Shown here in pieces: positions 1 to 12,800 of a stretch of 64,000 nt of DNA. The stretch comes from Strigamia acuminata. Its lineage: Eukaryota. Each line of letters opens with the position of its first letter. Within the stretch, counting starts at the first letter, position 1. Below the pieces are notes generated by a model. It searched no databases, had not been told where the DNA came from, and saw only the letters and a program-made list of their open reading frames with translations. The stretch covers positions 21,080,001 through 21,144,000 of the forward strand of contig OX442314.1 in assembly GCA_949358305.1 (NCBI GenBank), read 5' to 3'. The position numbers and the translations under genes are program-made.

Positions 1-307
1 AGGTGCGTGGTTGAGTACGATCATTTACTTTGTCAATACTCCTTTTTGTTTCAGCATCCATTTCACGATCCGTTGAAACATTTTTGAATTTTTGAAATGA
101 ACGTTTTTTCGCATCAAGTGAAATTTCAGCCGATATCTCGGCTTCGGCGATTTCCAATCGAGTTTCGGCTGAGCGTTTAGCCGTTACTTCCTTTGGAAAA
201 CTACTGCGCCGAGTTTGGGCACCTTGTGGGCAGTTAGACCCGACTATTGGACGACTATACGTCCTTCCCTCAATTGGCGAAGGGACTTCATCATGTAACT
301 TAGGCAT
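1..307 (-). CDS. Partial ORF (at least 102 codons, MPKLHDEVPSPIEGRTYSRP...), possible gag N-terminus
   Basis: ATG at 307-305 in gccatcATG context; no stop before the window edge, so absent from the ORF track. Confidence 0.4.
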   Translation of the reverse strand, partial: MPKLHDEVPSPIEGRTYSRPIVGSNCPQGAQTRRSSFPKEVTAKRSAETRLEIAEAEISAEISLDAKKRSFQKFKNVSTDREMDAETKRSIDKVNDRTQPRT

Positions 308-1104
308 GATGGCAAGAATGTTACAAAAAGAGAAGAAAGATGATAGGAAAGTTAGAAAAATAGGTAAAAAATACTAAAATGGGGAAAAACAAGATTTTTT
401 AATTTTTTAATCTTACTTTAAATTCTAAAAATTCTAAAAATTGGGATAATCCCGGACGGGCCCCCAAGTGTTGCGTTCCTGGATGTTCCCAAAATTATAA
501 TAATAATAATTGCACAGAATATTAATCTAATTCAATGCAAAAGGTCCCGGTATTCAACCTGTGGAAAGCAGTTGAATGCCGTAAAAGGTCTTCTATCGGG
601 TTTGGCAGTTAAGTTGGTGTCTAGGGGTTTTTTGGCTGTGGTTTTTGTGTCTAGGGGTTTTTTGGTAGCAAATGCAATAATAACAAGTAATTTAAAAAAG
701 GATAAACAGTTTTATTAACGTTAAAATTAAGGAGTAATATAAATACAAGGGATAAATGAATAATTAAATGAATATTGATAAAGTTAAACAAGGAAAGAAG
801 AGAAAGGCGCGAGAACAATGGAATTGTTCGCGCGCGCGGAAACAATAGGTTGAGAAAATGGCGGCAACGAATCGCCGTGAAAATTGGTGCAAATGCACAC
901 AAACGGGCGCGGAATCGTGAGATTTCGCGATGTGATTCGGCTGTGGAGCCAGAATCGTGGCCAGCTAAATAGCCAGGCCGGGGTGGAGAATACGAGGTGT
1001 GAACCCTCGAGTTGAAACGGGAAATTCTCCGTTGAAAACTCACGAGTCCAACTGGCGTAGTTCGCACTGTCGAATTCGGTTTTCAGGTCCGTTTCTTCTC
1101 GGCA

Positions 1105-1300
1105 AATTATCGTCGTCGGCAGGTCGAGCGTCGAGGTTTCGTCGGCTTTCGCGCGTCGTCCCTCGTCAACTCGGCGGCTGGCTGGCGTCGGTCTTCAACG
1201 TATATCACTCGAATTACCGTCGTCGGTGGCTAGCGTCGAGGTTTCGTCGGCTTGGCGCGCGTTGTCCCTCGTCAGCTTGGCGTCTTCCAGGCGTCGGTCT
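1105..1300. repeat. Imperfect tandem duplication, two ~90-bp CpG-rich units (1105-1194, 1212-1300)
   Basis: Both units read aatta.cgtcgtcgg...agcgtcgaggtttcgtcggctt...gcgcgt.gtccctcgtca.ct.ggcg...ggcgtcggtct. Confidence 0.85.
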
Positions 1301-4300
1301 ACGATGGCGTGTGTACGTTTATCTTCGGGCGGCGGCGGAAACAACGGTTGCTCGGTCCGTTGCACGTCGACTTCGTCGTCCGGGAAGGAGTCACTTGATG
1401 CGTATTGGCATCAAGCAAATCAGTTGAAACTTTGCAATATCTCACGGATCACGGACAAAACAGTGTTATTGGGTTGAACAAAGTTGTGTCGGTGTGAACG
1501 GTGTGAGGAGGAGGCAAAGAGTGAGTAATAAACGAATTTATTACCCAAACTTTGGCCGGAAAATCGGCCGAGTGCGCATGCGTGGCATGCACCTGGCACA
1601 CTTCGTGCCTGGCAACTGTGCAAATTAGGAGCTGGCCATAGCAACCCCCCAATTTGGCAGTTAGGTTGCCATGGCAGTCCTAACGGCTTCTGTTTAACAG
1701 CCGAAAGCACTTGGCAATTGCAAATAAAATGAGTATTTTATTTGCACAAGCAAGCAAAAAATATGTAATTATTTTAACAAATAATTCATTAAAAACACTA
1801 AAATAAATTGATTCCTTAAATTACCAATTTCTACTATTTCTAAATAATTAAAGGGACTGTAAAACAATTTATTTAACACATTAAATAGATTAAATTATTA
1901 ATTTCTTATACTCCAAATATTCCAAATAAAAGGAACATTTGAGATCACAACAACTCTTCGAGCTATTTCCACTATTTGCAATCAATTGAAAGGGCCTATT
2001 TACCAATTTTTTATTATTAACGTTTCCCATTTTATCTTCAGTTCTCAGTTCTTGTAAGCAATTCAAACGATGCGTTTTCAAATGGATGAAACTTTGGTTG
2101 CTTAGCGACGCAAAGAAAATTGAAAAGTGTTTTTGAAAGAATAAATGATTCTTTAGATAGTTTCGCTGTTAATTGTTATCTGCGGGTTATCTTCTGCTTG
2201 TGATGGGACAAAGGCTAAAAGATCTATATAGGGGTGGCAAGACAGAAAGGTTATGCAATGTGCAGTTGTGGACGGCCAAATGGAACCGAGTGCAATTGCA
2301 GGAAAGCTAGCGAACCAGCCAAGCAAGAAAATCGAAGTGGATCTGACTGCCGAGGTAGGAGATAACGGATTTTGAGAAAATTTCAATTATAAATCCTGTT
2401 TCGCACGTGTGGCGATATGCTGTGGAAATTGTGATTCGCGTATGCCCAGCAGTACACACCTCGAAAAGCGAGTTGCAACCGCAAAACGGAAAAAGATTGG
2501 GAAATATCGTAGCTGATGATTGCAGCAACAACCGAGATTTTTTTCATTGATCGCGTCATTCGCATCATCCCTTTACGTCTTGGCCCTCGAGAAAAGGATT
2601 CGGGTGTGAACGCTTCTGCGCACGAGATTATCAAAGACTGTGTGCCCACAATACGCATATCCACCTGGTGTGAGCTTAGTGGAGTTTAACATTCTCTTGA
2701 ATGCACCAACAACTTTGTGGATTTGCATTGTTGGGAGTCGGGACCTATCATATTGTTTGTAATCGTCTGTGCTATTTATTTCATCACAGCTCGTATATTT
2801 TATAAAATAGAGTTTAGTCGTTTTTATTTAAATACCAATGGGATTTATAGCAATTTTTTTGCAGCCTTCAAGCGGAACATGTTTGTTACAAGAATATTTT
2901 TATATATAAAAGGCCTTGCAGGTGATTTTTTTTGTAACTTAATAACTTATAAATGTAGTTGAAACGATATCTTAGGCTACATACCTGCAAGGGACATGTA
3001 ACTTTAAGTTGTTCATGCAAATATCTTTTTGCTCAGAGTCGTTTCGGTGTTGCTGGGGGGAGTTTTGTAAATGGGGCGAAGAGGAATAAAGAAAAAATGC
3101 AAAATCGATATCATTATCATTCTTTTTTATGTAGTCACATCTTCGGAATCAGGTTACAAATTCAAGATTATTTTTATTGTTTTTTTTTTTTTCTTCTTTC
3201 TTTTGATTGGATAGAGACAGAAAATGAGACTTTGCAATGTACGAAGACTCGTTCTGTCAATTACCGCTGATGTTTTGCTCCCAATCGCCAAATCTACCTT
3301 TAAAACATTATTTAATTTTCTGTTGTATTGGATTTTTTTTTTTTTTTTTTTTTTTTTTTGAAAAAAAATGTTATTAGAATTAAAATTACATGGAGTTTCT
3401 AATCTCATAAATTGTATAAATTTTTCATTTCTTGGTTTGAAAGACTGCATTTGATATCATAAAACTGTTTAACTTCTTATGTTTTTAAATTTTTAAACAG
3501 TTGAAGGATGAGTTCATTCAAACTCGTTTCATAGATAAAAAAAATGGTTCCAAATGAGTTGTTTAGTTTAATCATTTAAATGTACAAGAAGAATTAATGA
3601 AGCGGTTTTTTGAATTTCTTTTTGTCTTTTTTTTACATCTTAATGTTAGAAACTTGATAAAAAATTGATTTATCTTTTACTTTACTTTATTTTTCTGCAA
3701 ACGAAAAAATTAATCTGATTTTAAAAGACAAGTGTTTTAATCCTCCAGTGAAGGAAGAGCTTAATTAACCAGTCTTTTTTTAGAACAAAGAATAAACAAC
3801 AGACACAAACATATGAAATAATTTATCAAGGGCTTTTTCTGTGTATTTAACCTCTTTCTAATGTGTTGTAATTAGATTTTTTTTTTTTTTTTTTTTTTTT
3901 ACACAAAATTACTTCTTAGTTCTTAATCTTGTATAAATTAATACAACTTTAATGAAAAAGTGTTTTGCAAATTCCTACCTAATTTCACAAAACGTTTTGT
4001 CCAAAAAACATAATTTTTTTTGCATTGAACGTGCAGCAACTCAGTTTGTAGGTGATCAGCAGCGAAGATCAGGGGCAGCATCGAATTTGTGATTACCATT
4101 TATATACCGTAGCCCTAACTTTACTTTTGTCGCCACTCTTTAAACCACTAACATTTTGATCTTACCTTTCCTCCTCTCTTTTCTATTCCCTCGTTTCTCT
4201 TACTTTTAACATTTTAAAACACTGAGCCCAACTTTACCATCTTGACAAGTTACACTACACTACACTTTGCTTAGCCTAGCAACGTTGCTGCAGAAGCAGC

Positions 4301-7300
4301 CCCTCTCCCTTGGTGACCAGCCCTTGTGGTGTCATTAAGAGCGCTGCCTTCCTCTTTCCTTGCGTGTCAAACTCATGAATAATGGACATGGTTGGAATGC
4401 TCCTTATCTATTAGACTTATATACACCACAGCGCATCCATGCATACATACTTTTTTTTTGCTCAACGTTTGGTTTTCCATTCACGTTTTTTTGCATACGT
4501 AGTATCTCTTCTCTCTTTTTAAAACATTTTTTCTTGGAAGTATTTTTGTCAGAGAATTTTCAACCTTCTTTTTTTCTCGGTAAGTTGGTTTCGCTATTTG
4601 GTCGGAGAAAAAAATTGATAAATTCAATCTCTAGGGATTGAGGGAGCAGATAATGTTATTTGAGGTAATGGATAGCAGCATAAAGTATAAAACTATATAC
4701 TAACTAAGTTTTAGTTTCTAATGTTGTTATGTTGCAAGTAAATATGGAAAGTAAGCTTAAATGCCGGGTGTAAAGAAGGTAATTTGATTTAAAGTTGAAT
4801 TCTGAATTTACCTAAGTCCTAATTTGGTATTTTTTTTTAAAAAAAATTTATTTTTATTTTGTTTCATTCATCCATTCTTGAAATATAAACTAATTATTGT
4901 TTTCAGTTTTTGCCTCAAGATCAGAGAATTATTCTCTTAACACAAATTAGGTTTGAGCAAAAGAAAAATGTAATGTAGTGAAGCTCGCTTAGTGGAAAAG
5001 TTTATTTTTGTAACCTTTTCGAGTCTTCTTAAAATAAAAGCTGTTGAATGGAAGGTATTCCGATTTTGACGACTCGTATTTTATATATTTTTTGAACAAT
5101 TAGCCACTAGCTTTGGGGGTAGGGTGGGGAATGGGTTTTTTAGTTTTTTGGTGTTTTTTTTAAACGGGAAATTGCAATCTGGAGCCGGCAGCAAGTAAAC
5201 TTCAGCTGCATGAAAATCCTGTCAACGTCGCGTCGATATAGAAAAAATTATCAGCTTATAACCATTAACTAAATTTTGTCACAATGTTTTTCCATTGTGT
5301 TAAAATGAATTTCGCCAAATTTTGCCCAAAGTGCTGGTATGTTGTAGACAGCATATATCAGGCGGCCAGCTCTAAACTTTTTAATTGAATTTGTGACTTG
5401 ACCACTTAATTTGGCATATCTAATTTTATAAATTGTAACCACATTACTCGTTCACATAGCGAGCAATTTCATTTCCACACAATGCCGTAGAATATAATAT
5501 CAAGTATATGAAGTCGAGTAGAAATTGAATTGTGTATAATACTAAATACAAGCAGCTGTCATTGATTAATTGTTGATTCATACATCAATACAAGCGAGCG
5601 AAAAGACGATAAAAAGTGATATTTATATAAAAAAAACATAAAAAAACATTAAAGAAACGAGAAAAAGTAGAAAGAAAAAGAAAGTAAAAAAAAGCAAAGA
5701 AAAAAGATTGTATGTATAGAGTGTGTGTGAGAAGAGATATATAAAGGCAATAGAAGTTTCTAAGGTGATTTCCTATAATCCATTCTTTGCACCTCTGTGC
5801 AGATTGTGAAATCCTAAGGGCGCCTTCGGATTCTGCAAAGAAGGAAGAAGAGAGGCTTTTGACTCACTCGCTACACTATAGGCTTTATGTATTGATTTTT
5901 CTCTGTCTTGGAAATCACACAATGCTGAATGGGAGAGAAGAGATTTGGAAGGCTCTTAATATCAGCTGTGTCTTCTATCATTAAGTTGTAAGGTGGAAAT
6001 AAAGTGAAATGCGTGAAATTTTGACTGCAGCAGCTTTCGTGTTTTGCTCCCGGTAGGCCACTTTTGAATGTGTTTAGTTTTACTCGCGAGTCTACTGGGT
6101 TTCAATTGACGCACGTTACGATGGAAATGGGCGAGAGGGCTAATAAGGCACGTAATTGACGCGTTGCATTCGCTTATTACGAGAGACGGCGAATGTTTTA
6201 CTTGTTGAAATTAAAAATAATTCGGTCTGTGCGATACCAGATGGAGTTGTTGTCGTAGCAAGAGACAGGAAATAGGTTTGTGGCGTTTTAATGCGTGTTT
6301 ATGGACATATTCGCTAATATTGACTAACATGTTATTTTGCTGATGGTTCTGAATGATTTTGGGTTTCTTAGACAACCAATTAAAATCACATGGCTGAATA
6401 AACTCAACTAGCATGTAGCTGCGTAATTATCAATTTATAACAGTTTGTTTATGTGATGTTGGCATTGATAATTCAATCGGTAAACAACATCGAAGCATCA
6501 AAATGAACCATTTATTGAATGTTATCGTTTTCTTATCTGATCAGTCTTTTTTTTATAGTTAATTAATTTTTTTAAAATTTTTTTTATAAGAATATATCAA
6601 TAGAAGCTTAGCTTGATTTAATTACAGCCACCTGAACAGTTTGGTTCATTGACATGCACTCGAAGTCTCGAGCGGTTTTTTTTTTTTTTTTTTTTTTTTT
6701 TTTCTTCTGAGTCAAAAAATCAGAAAAAAAAGTAAAAACATCTTCAAGTCATCAACTCAAAGTTGGGAGTCGTATTTACGAAGCTAACCGCCCACAACAA
6801 CACCAGTCTTTGTACAAATCGACAACAACAAGGGAAGTGGAGGGAGGCAAACCCTTCTGCACTCTTCTCGAACCCAACATCCATTGTACCCTGTTGAGAT
6901 GTGTCTTTTGTGGAATCCAGTGAATAGAATGAGGTCTTTTCTCCATTTGGAAATCTTTTACTATATGGAAGATTTTCACTTTAAGCACTTTGCTCTCAGT
7001 TTGTACTTAGCTGTTTTTTTTTTTCTTGATCTCTCTTTTCTTTTATCTTTTTTTATTTATTTTTTTATTTTGGTGTGTTTATGTTTATGTACCGTAGGTA
7101 TTTTATTTTTTAAATATATATATTTTTTTTGGAAATAGTTTTCTTTGAAGTGGAAAGAATTTAGAATTTGGAAAAAATCGAAATAAAAAAAGAGAGAAAA
7201 GTTGAGGTTTTGTTATTGGGATCTGTGTTGTATAAGTCAATGAAAATCAGAAGTAGCAGAGTTGGTGGAACGTCAGTCAACCTATGGTGAATCGCAGCGA

Positions 7301-9771
7301 GGAAAAAAGAGACAAAGGAAAGAAAAAACATTCCCAGTGTGAGATCTTTGCTCTTTCATCTTTTCTTACATCGTCTTGGTTTCATTTCTGGCTTTATGCC
7401 ATGTTTTAACCAGTTGATAAGGCCTCGAGTTAAGATTGTGTCAGTTTTGTGATTCTAATTTAATTGTGAGTTGAGATTTATTGGCAGTGAATTTATTTGG
7501 ATGTTAATAAATAGGTTTTTTCTCATTGGCCTCGAGAAATGCTATCATTTTCTTTTTCTTCTCTGTTTTTTTTTTTCAAGAATTAATATTAAAAATATTT
7601 TTTTTTTCTATTTGAGTTTGAGAAAAATTGGTTTTTTTGTTTACATTTTTTTTTTTTGTTGAGAAGCGATTTTAATTTTAAGTTTGGATAAAAAAAATGA
7701 AAAATTCAAGAAACTCAAATTATTTATGAATTGTCAGATCGCTGTCAAACTTATAAAAACATAAACATTGAAGACAGTCGAAAATAGAGAAACTTATTGT
7801 ATTTGTATTTCATGCAATTCTTAAAGTTAATAATAAATTAGTTTTATAATAACTTGATTTTGTTTTATAATGAATGATGTGTGCGGTTTGTTTTGATTAA
7901 AATAATTATGGTATTGTTTTTTATTGTAAACGATAAAATGAGTGGGTTAAGGAAGACTGGGTGATGGGGAAAACATAAATAAATGCAAAATCCTCAAATT
8001 ACTAAATGACACATCTATAAGTGCCGTAATCGATTACCATTAATAACAATTTCAATAAACATCTTTTCGACAATCCCGCTGTGCTCCAATTCGTTTGATC
8101 CCGTATTCATATCACCCGGTCGAACCTCGAACCTCTGTCCCATTTTATCCGATTCCGTGCCTCAATCCGCTCGATCTCGAGAAATCTCGTCGACCTCAAG
8201 GAAGTTTCACCGGATCTCGTAGCAAATTTCCGATCAGGTTCCGTGAGTTTGTCCGTGAATAGAACCAATACTTTTTTTTTGTATTTTTATTTCCACATTT
8301 TATAGTTTGTATAGATTTTTTTTATTATTAATAACTTTTTTAAAATGCAAATCTCTAGAGTGAATCCTTTAATTTGAGATCTAGTATTAAATCACGTAAT
8401 GCAATAAGCCTGAACAGTCACACTCATTTACTGATTTCCTCGTTAAAGTGGAAAAATCATCGTTTAATTCAATCCGCTGTCAATTAATAGCAACGCGCAT
8501 CGATGGAAATTGAAAGTCAAGTGTCTTTTACCTCAAACAAATACTGGTCCATTTCACTTATGCCCTCTTACACTGGCATTTGTGCTATTTAACCACCAGA
8601 GCTGAATCGATTCGTGGTATAAGCAAAGCCAAATTTTCCAGCCCACTACCAGTTATTTCCTCCGCTTCCTTTTCTTGGCGTTGGCCATTTTTTTTTATTT
8701 TTCTCTTCTTTTTTTCTCAACCACATGATGGTGGTGTCTGTGGTTGTTTGAAGGGTGGAAAACATGCAAATTTATGCCGCTGTTGGCTCGAGGAAGAAAC
8801 ACAAGGGGGAATTATAGCTAATCAGAGATGCATCAGGCACCTCCTAATGACAGTTAGGTGTAGCAAAAGACAATGGACAGTGAAAAGCACTGGAGCATGT
8901 CAAGTGTTGAGGTCTGGCGAGTTCTCAGTAATTGTATCGCGTTCAAATGTTGACGCGATCAATATGCTAATACTGAGAAGCAACGAGGTTTGTATGCAGT
9001 CTCAACTCATCATGACTTATTGCTATCAGCCATAGAGGTAGGTTGATGTTTTTCGCTCTGTAGAATCGTCTGAAATTGGTGCCAAGTTTGTTTTTTTTCT
9101 TGATTGTTGTATTAATTTTTTAAGGCAATTCATTAAATGGACATTGTGAAATAATTAAAGGTTTAATTTATAAAAGGGAATAAATTTCTTTTAGGTGATG
9201 GGGTATAGGGAGTTTGTGTAATTAAAGGTCACAGGTGATTAATAAAGAGAAGGAGAAATTGGAGTTTTTTTTTTTGTTTTTTTTTAATTTATTTTTTTTT
9301 AAAAGGGTAAATTTGAAAATAATTGGAATTGAGTAATTAAGTGGCATTTTTTTGCATTTTTTGTAGATTTTTTTTTTTAGTTAGGCTTAATTTTATTAAA
9401 GCCGAGTTGAAAAGGTCTGATTTGTTCTCTTAATTAAAATGTGTAATATATTTTAATGTTTACGTGCACATCTAATAATCTTATAATTATAATCTTCTAA
9501 AGCGCTTCATATTTCCGAAGATAGTAATAATAATTATTATTAAAAATTTGAATTGGTTGTGAAGATAAAATTCAATTATTAAGCAAAAAAATATTCTTTC
9601 AGTAAAGAATTGGAGGATCAAGAATTTGGCTGTAGGTGGCACCACTAACATTTACAGTACAGCAAAAAAAATTATTTTTTTAAAAATTATTATGCCCAAC
9701 ATCCTAAATACATTAAAAACAATTCTTAATACGAACAAAAAAGAAAACGTACTTTCTTCTACAAAGAATAC

Positions 9772-9830
9772 ATGACTGGGAATCGAACCACAGTTTTCCG
9801 TTTACCAGACACACTACAAGGGACTACAAC
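9772..9830 (-). repeat. tRNA-derived SINE-like fragment
   Basis: Minus strand reads ctgtGGTTCGATTCCcagtc (Pol III B-box/T-arm); remainder degenerate. Confidence 0.3.
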
Positions 9831-12800
9831 GAAACCACAAACAAGTAATTCCTTTCACCATTAGGGTTAACGGGTCTTCTCGAAACAAAAATAAAAATAC
9901 GTGTTGTTTCCAACCGAAAATAGTATTTGAATTAATTAATTAATGATGGTTAGAATTCCCAGGCTTTGCACAAGGAATATTATTATTCATTCATATAAAG
10001 GAAATAAAATAAAATGGCGTGCATATATAAGGATATAATTATTGTCTGAGTTGATGGTTTAAGTCATTCCAACCTTGGGCAGTACGAGACGTGGGTGATA
10101 AAAACTAAAAAGTGGGTTTTTCGATTCCAGGTGATCCGATCCTCATGTTTTATACTCTGCATATAAATCAAGAGGAGTGTCATAACCATCCATCAGACAC
10201 AACCGTTATGTTGTCAAAGGGGGCAGGTGACTTTAAGGAACCTGCTTATAACCCACGGTATTACCATGGTGTTGCTCCGGGAGTGTTGGCAAGATTATTA
10301 GGCTTAGCCAGCACAGGTCACGTATTCCAATGAATTTGAGAATGCGCATGCGCCTTGGTTTTGCTCATCATTGCAGGTGCAGTGAAATCATGCGACTGGA
10401 TATAGCAAGCCAACCTCATAGGCTAACTGTCAAGCTGAGGGGGGCCAAGAAGGATGTGACTCATTGTGTGACAGGATTGTAGCTGTCGTGGGGAAAGAAT
10501 ATTGGATGCTGAAGTTGACACTTGCCGTATACTCTTTTCTCTTGTGTGTCTTTCTTTCTCCTTCACTGGTCTAATGCCTTGTTTTCTCATTTATGTAGTG
10601 GACCGTGACTCGATGAGACACTTTTGAGTTTTATTTTGAGGGAGGGAGAGTGAAGCGAGGATAATTCTATAAAAAGGTGAAACGAATAAAAGTTTACACA
10701 ATAATCAAGTCGAAGAGGGATCAAAGTTTCCAGAGAAGATTCCATTCTCGAGTTTTGGTGCCAAATGTTTGGAATTTCTGTGAGTCATCAGGAATTGTGA
10801 TGATGAGAGATTTCTCTTCTGGTTTCAGTTGTAGCTTGTTGGGTCGCATCGAGATCAATAGTCGTAGATAACGGGTTATATCGTCAATATACTTGTTAGT
10901 TGTTTGTGAGCAGGTCCAAGTTGACAGTAAATAAGAAAGGCCAAGCTTTCGATATTCGATGCTTGAATAACTCCACGAGTCACGTTGTAGATAGAAAAAG
11001 TGAATATGTAGAATTCTGAGAGTTGTGTGTCAATCAAATAGGAAGTAAAGTATTTTAATCAAAACGCCATTTGAGCAATTGAATGACTCGATGACTTATT
11101 GAACGTGAAGCACAAGCATATTAAAAAGATACTAAGACGTGAGTTATTGTAATTCTATTTTATTTTGCTGGAATATAACTGCAGTCGTGGTTACCAAGGT
11201 CGTGCTGGGCTATAATTTTCGCCCGTGTGATCAATTTTCTGCTTGCGGTGACCTATGACATATTATCAACAAACATCCATCTTGTGCGATCGTCACGTTA
11301 CTCCGATGCTTTATGTAATTTGATTTGTTTACTTAGGGACGATCGATTAGGCGGCTTTGATTAACTCGCTATAGTTTGGGTTATCTAATTAGTTGGTGAT
11401 TTGATGAATGACAACACCCTACATAATTATTGAGCAATGAAATATATATATTAAAAAGTTTACATTCTGAATGACATTTGTGTTATATTTTAAAGAATTT
11501 TCTTCTAAGAATATATACTGTATATAAAGTTGTTGTTAACGTAACCGGGCGTCTTTCAAATGCGTTTATTTTAACCATAAAAAACCAGTTTATCACAAAG
11601 TAATTTGTGATTCTATTCCAAATTGTGGTTTCCATCGAGATTAAAAATAAATATTATTTTTAACTTGACCATTGATCGCTCATTTTTTGCAGCAATTTTG
11701 CTGTACGTCAGATGCGTCTTTAAACAAACCGAATGGCCCAGTAAGCAATGGTCATTCATCACTATTACTTTGGTGCGAATACCTATCATTAATTTTCTTG
11801 ACGATTGGCAGGCGTTTGGAATAAATCAGCGATCAGATTTAAACGGAAAATTATAATTTAAATCGGGATTGACATGTACAAACTCGGCTTTAAATGTTTG
11901 AATCTAATTTGGAACTTATAAAACCAAACATTGTGTATATCGTCTTTACAATATCGAACAGTGATCTCTGTGACCACAAAGGCTTCTAAATAAATAATTT
12001 GTATTGATTTGTTTAGTGTCTTCGGAGGTCTTCCATGTACTTTGTTTTTACATTATTCACAAAGTATTGACGGTTTCTGAGTAACACACTAACTTGTAAG
12101 TGGTGAAATTGCTTCTACATGTTTTTTCAACTTTGATTTAAGCTGGTGATAATTATATCATGCACCCCACAGTATTTTTTTTATTTTTTAGAGCAAGATT
12201 TATAATGTAATGTGAAAAGTTTTAAATCCAAAGTGAGAAAAACAAAGTGAAACTCGAAATGCCATTATTCTTGAGCTGTAGATGGTGTAATTACACACTA
12301 GTGTACCCAGGGGTGATGAGAAGGTAGAGCTGGATTTTACAACACTTCATCACAGTATTTAATGTCATTAGCATCTGGAATTATTCAACTGCCAAGTTTT
12401 TATTTTGCATCAATTTGCAATTGTAAAATGCAGCCAGACTTCTCTCCCTCTCTATTTATCAAACTTTAGAGTTTACACTGTAATTCTTTGATGTTAAATA
12501 TAATGGGTAATATCACTAATTAGTTTATGGCAAGCTGACCACTTTATTTACATATTGCACACAGAAATCAGATACTTTATCGTTCTTCTAAGCGAACCCA
12601 GTGTACCAACACAACAGATGACTGTATAAATTATCTTGTTTGCAAAATTAGACTGTTTTCTTTTTTGAATGTTTGAAATGTTTTTAATTTATCACTTTTA
12701 TTCGGTTTAATGGGCAAAGCAGAATTGGTTGACGCTGTTATTCTTGATGTTTTTCGTCGAGGAAAGGATGGAAAATTCTTAAACGTTGAGAAATTTGGAA

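Larger units (their letters stand above)
1..1710 (-). mobile_element. Probable 5' part of a second retroelement (LTR-like CpG-rich segment, leader, start of a gag-like ORF), truncated by the window edge
   Basis: CpG-rich 956-1640 bounded by inverted TGGCCAGCT/AGCTGGCCA, followed on the minus strand by a TGG-initiated motif (936-951), a pyrimidine-rich leader and an ORF from 307 open to base 1; no diagnostic protein domain visible. Confidence 0.4.

Noticed and set aside
651..1710. ORF-track peptides of 65-142 aa in the CpG-rich left segment
   Set aside because: Arg/Ser-rich translations of repeated non-coding GC-rich DNA; treated as part of the putative LTR/leader
5050..5090. FDD-encoding patch considered as the missing TMTC3 first exon
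   Set aside because: Context (YSDFDDSYFI) does not fit FVFDD.SAI...DFWG and has no suitable splice sites
8065..8270. CpG-rich island with open reading on both strands
   Set aside because: No recognisable protein or splice signals; the tcgaac/ctcgag motifs suggest a MITE fragment but I could not define its ends
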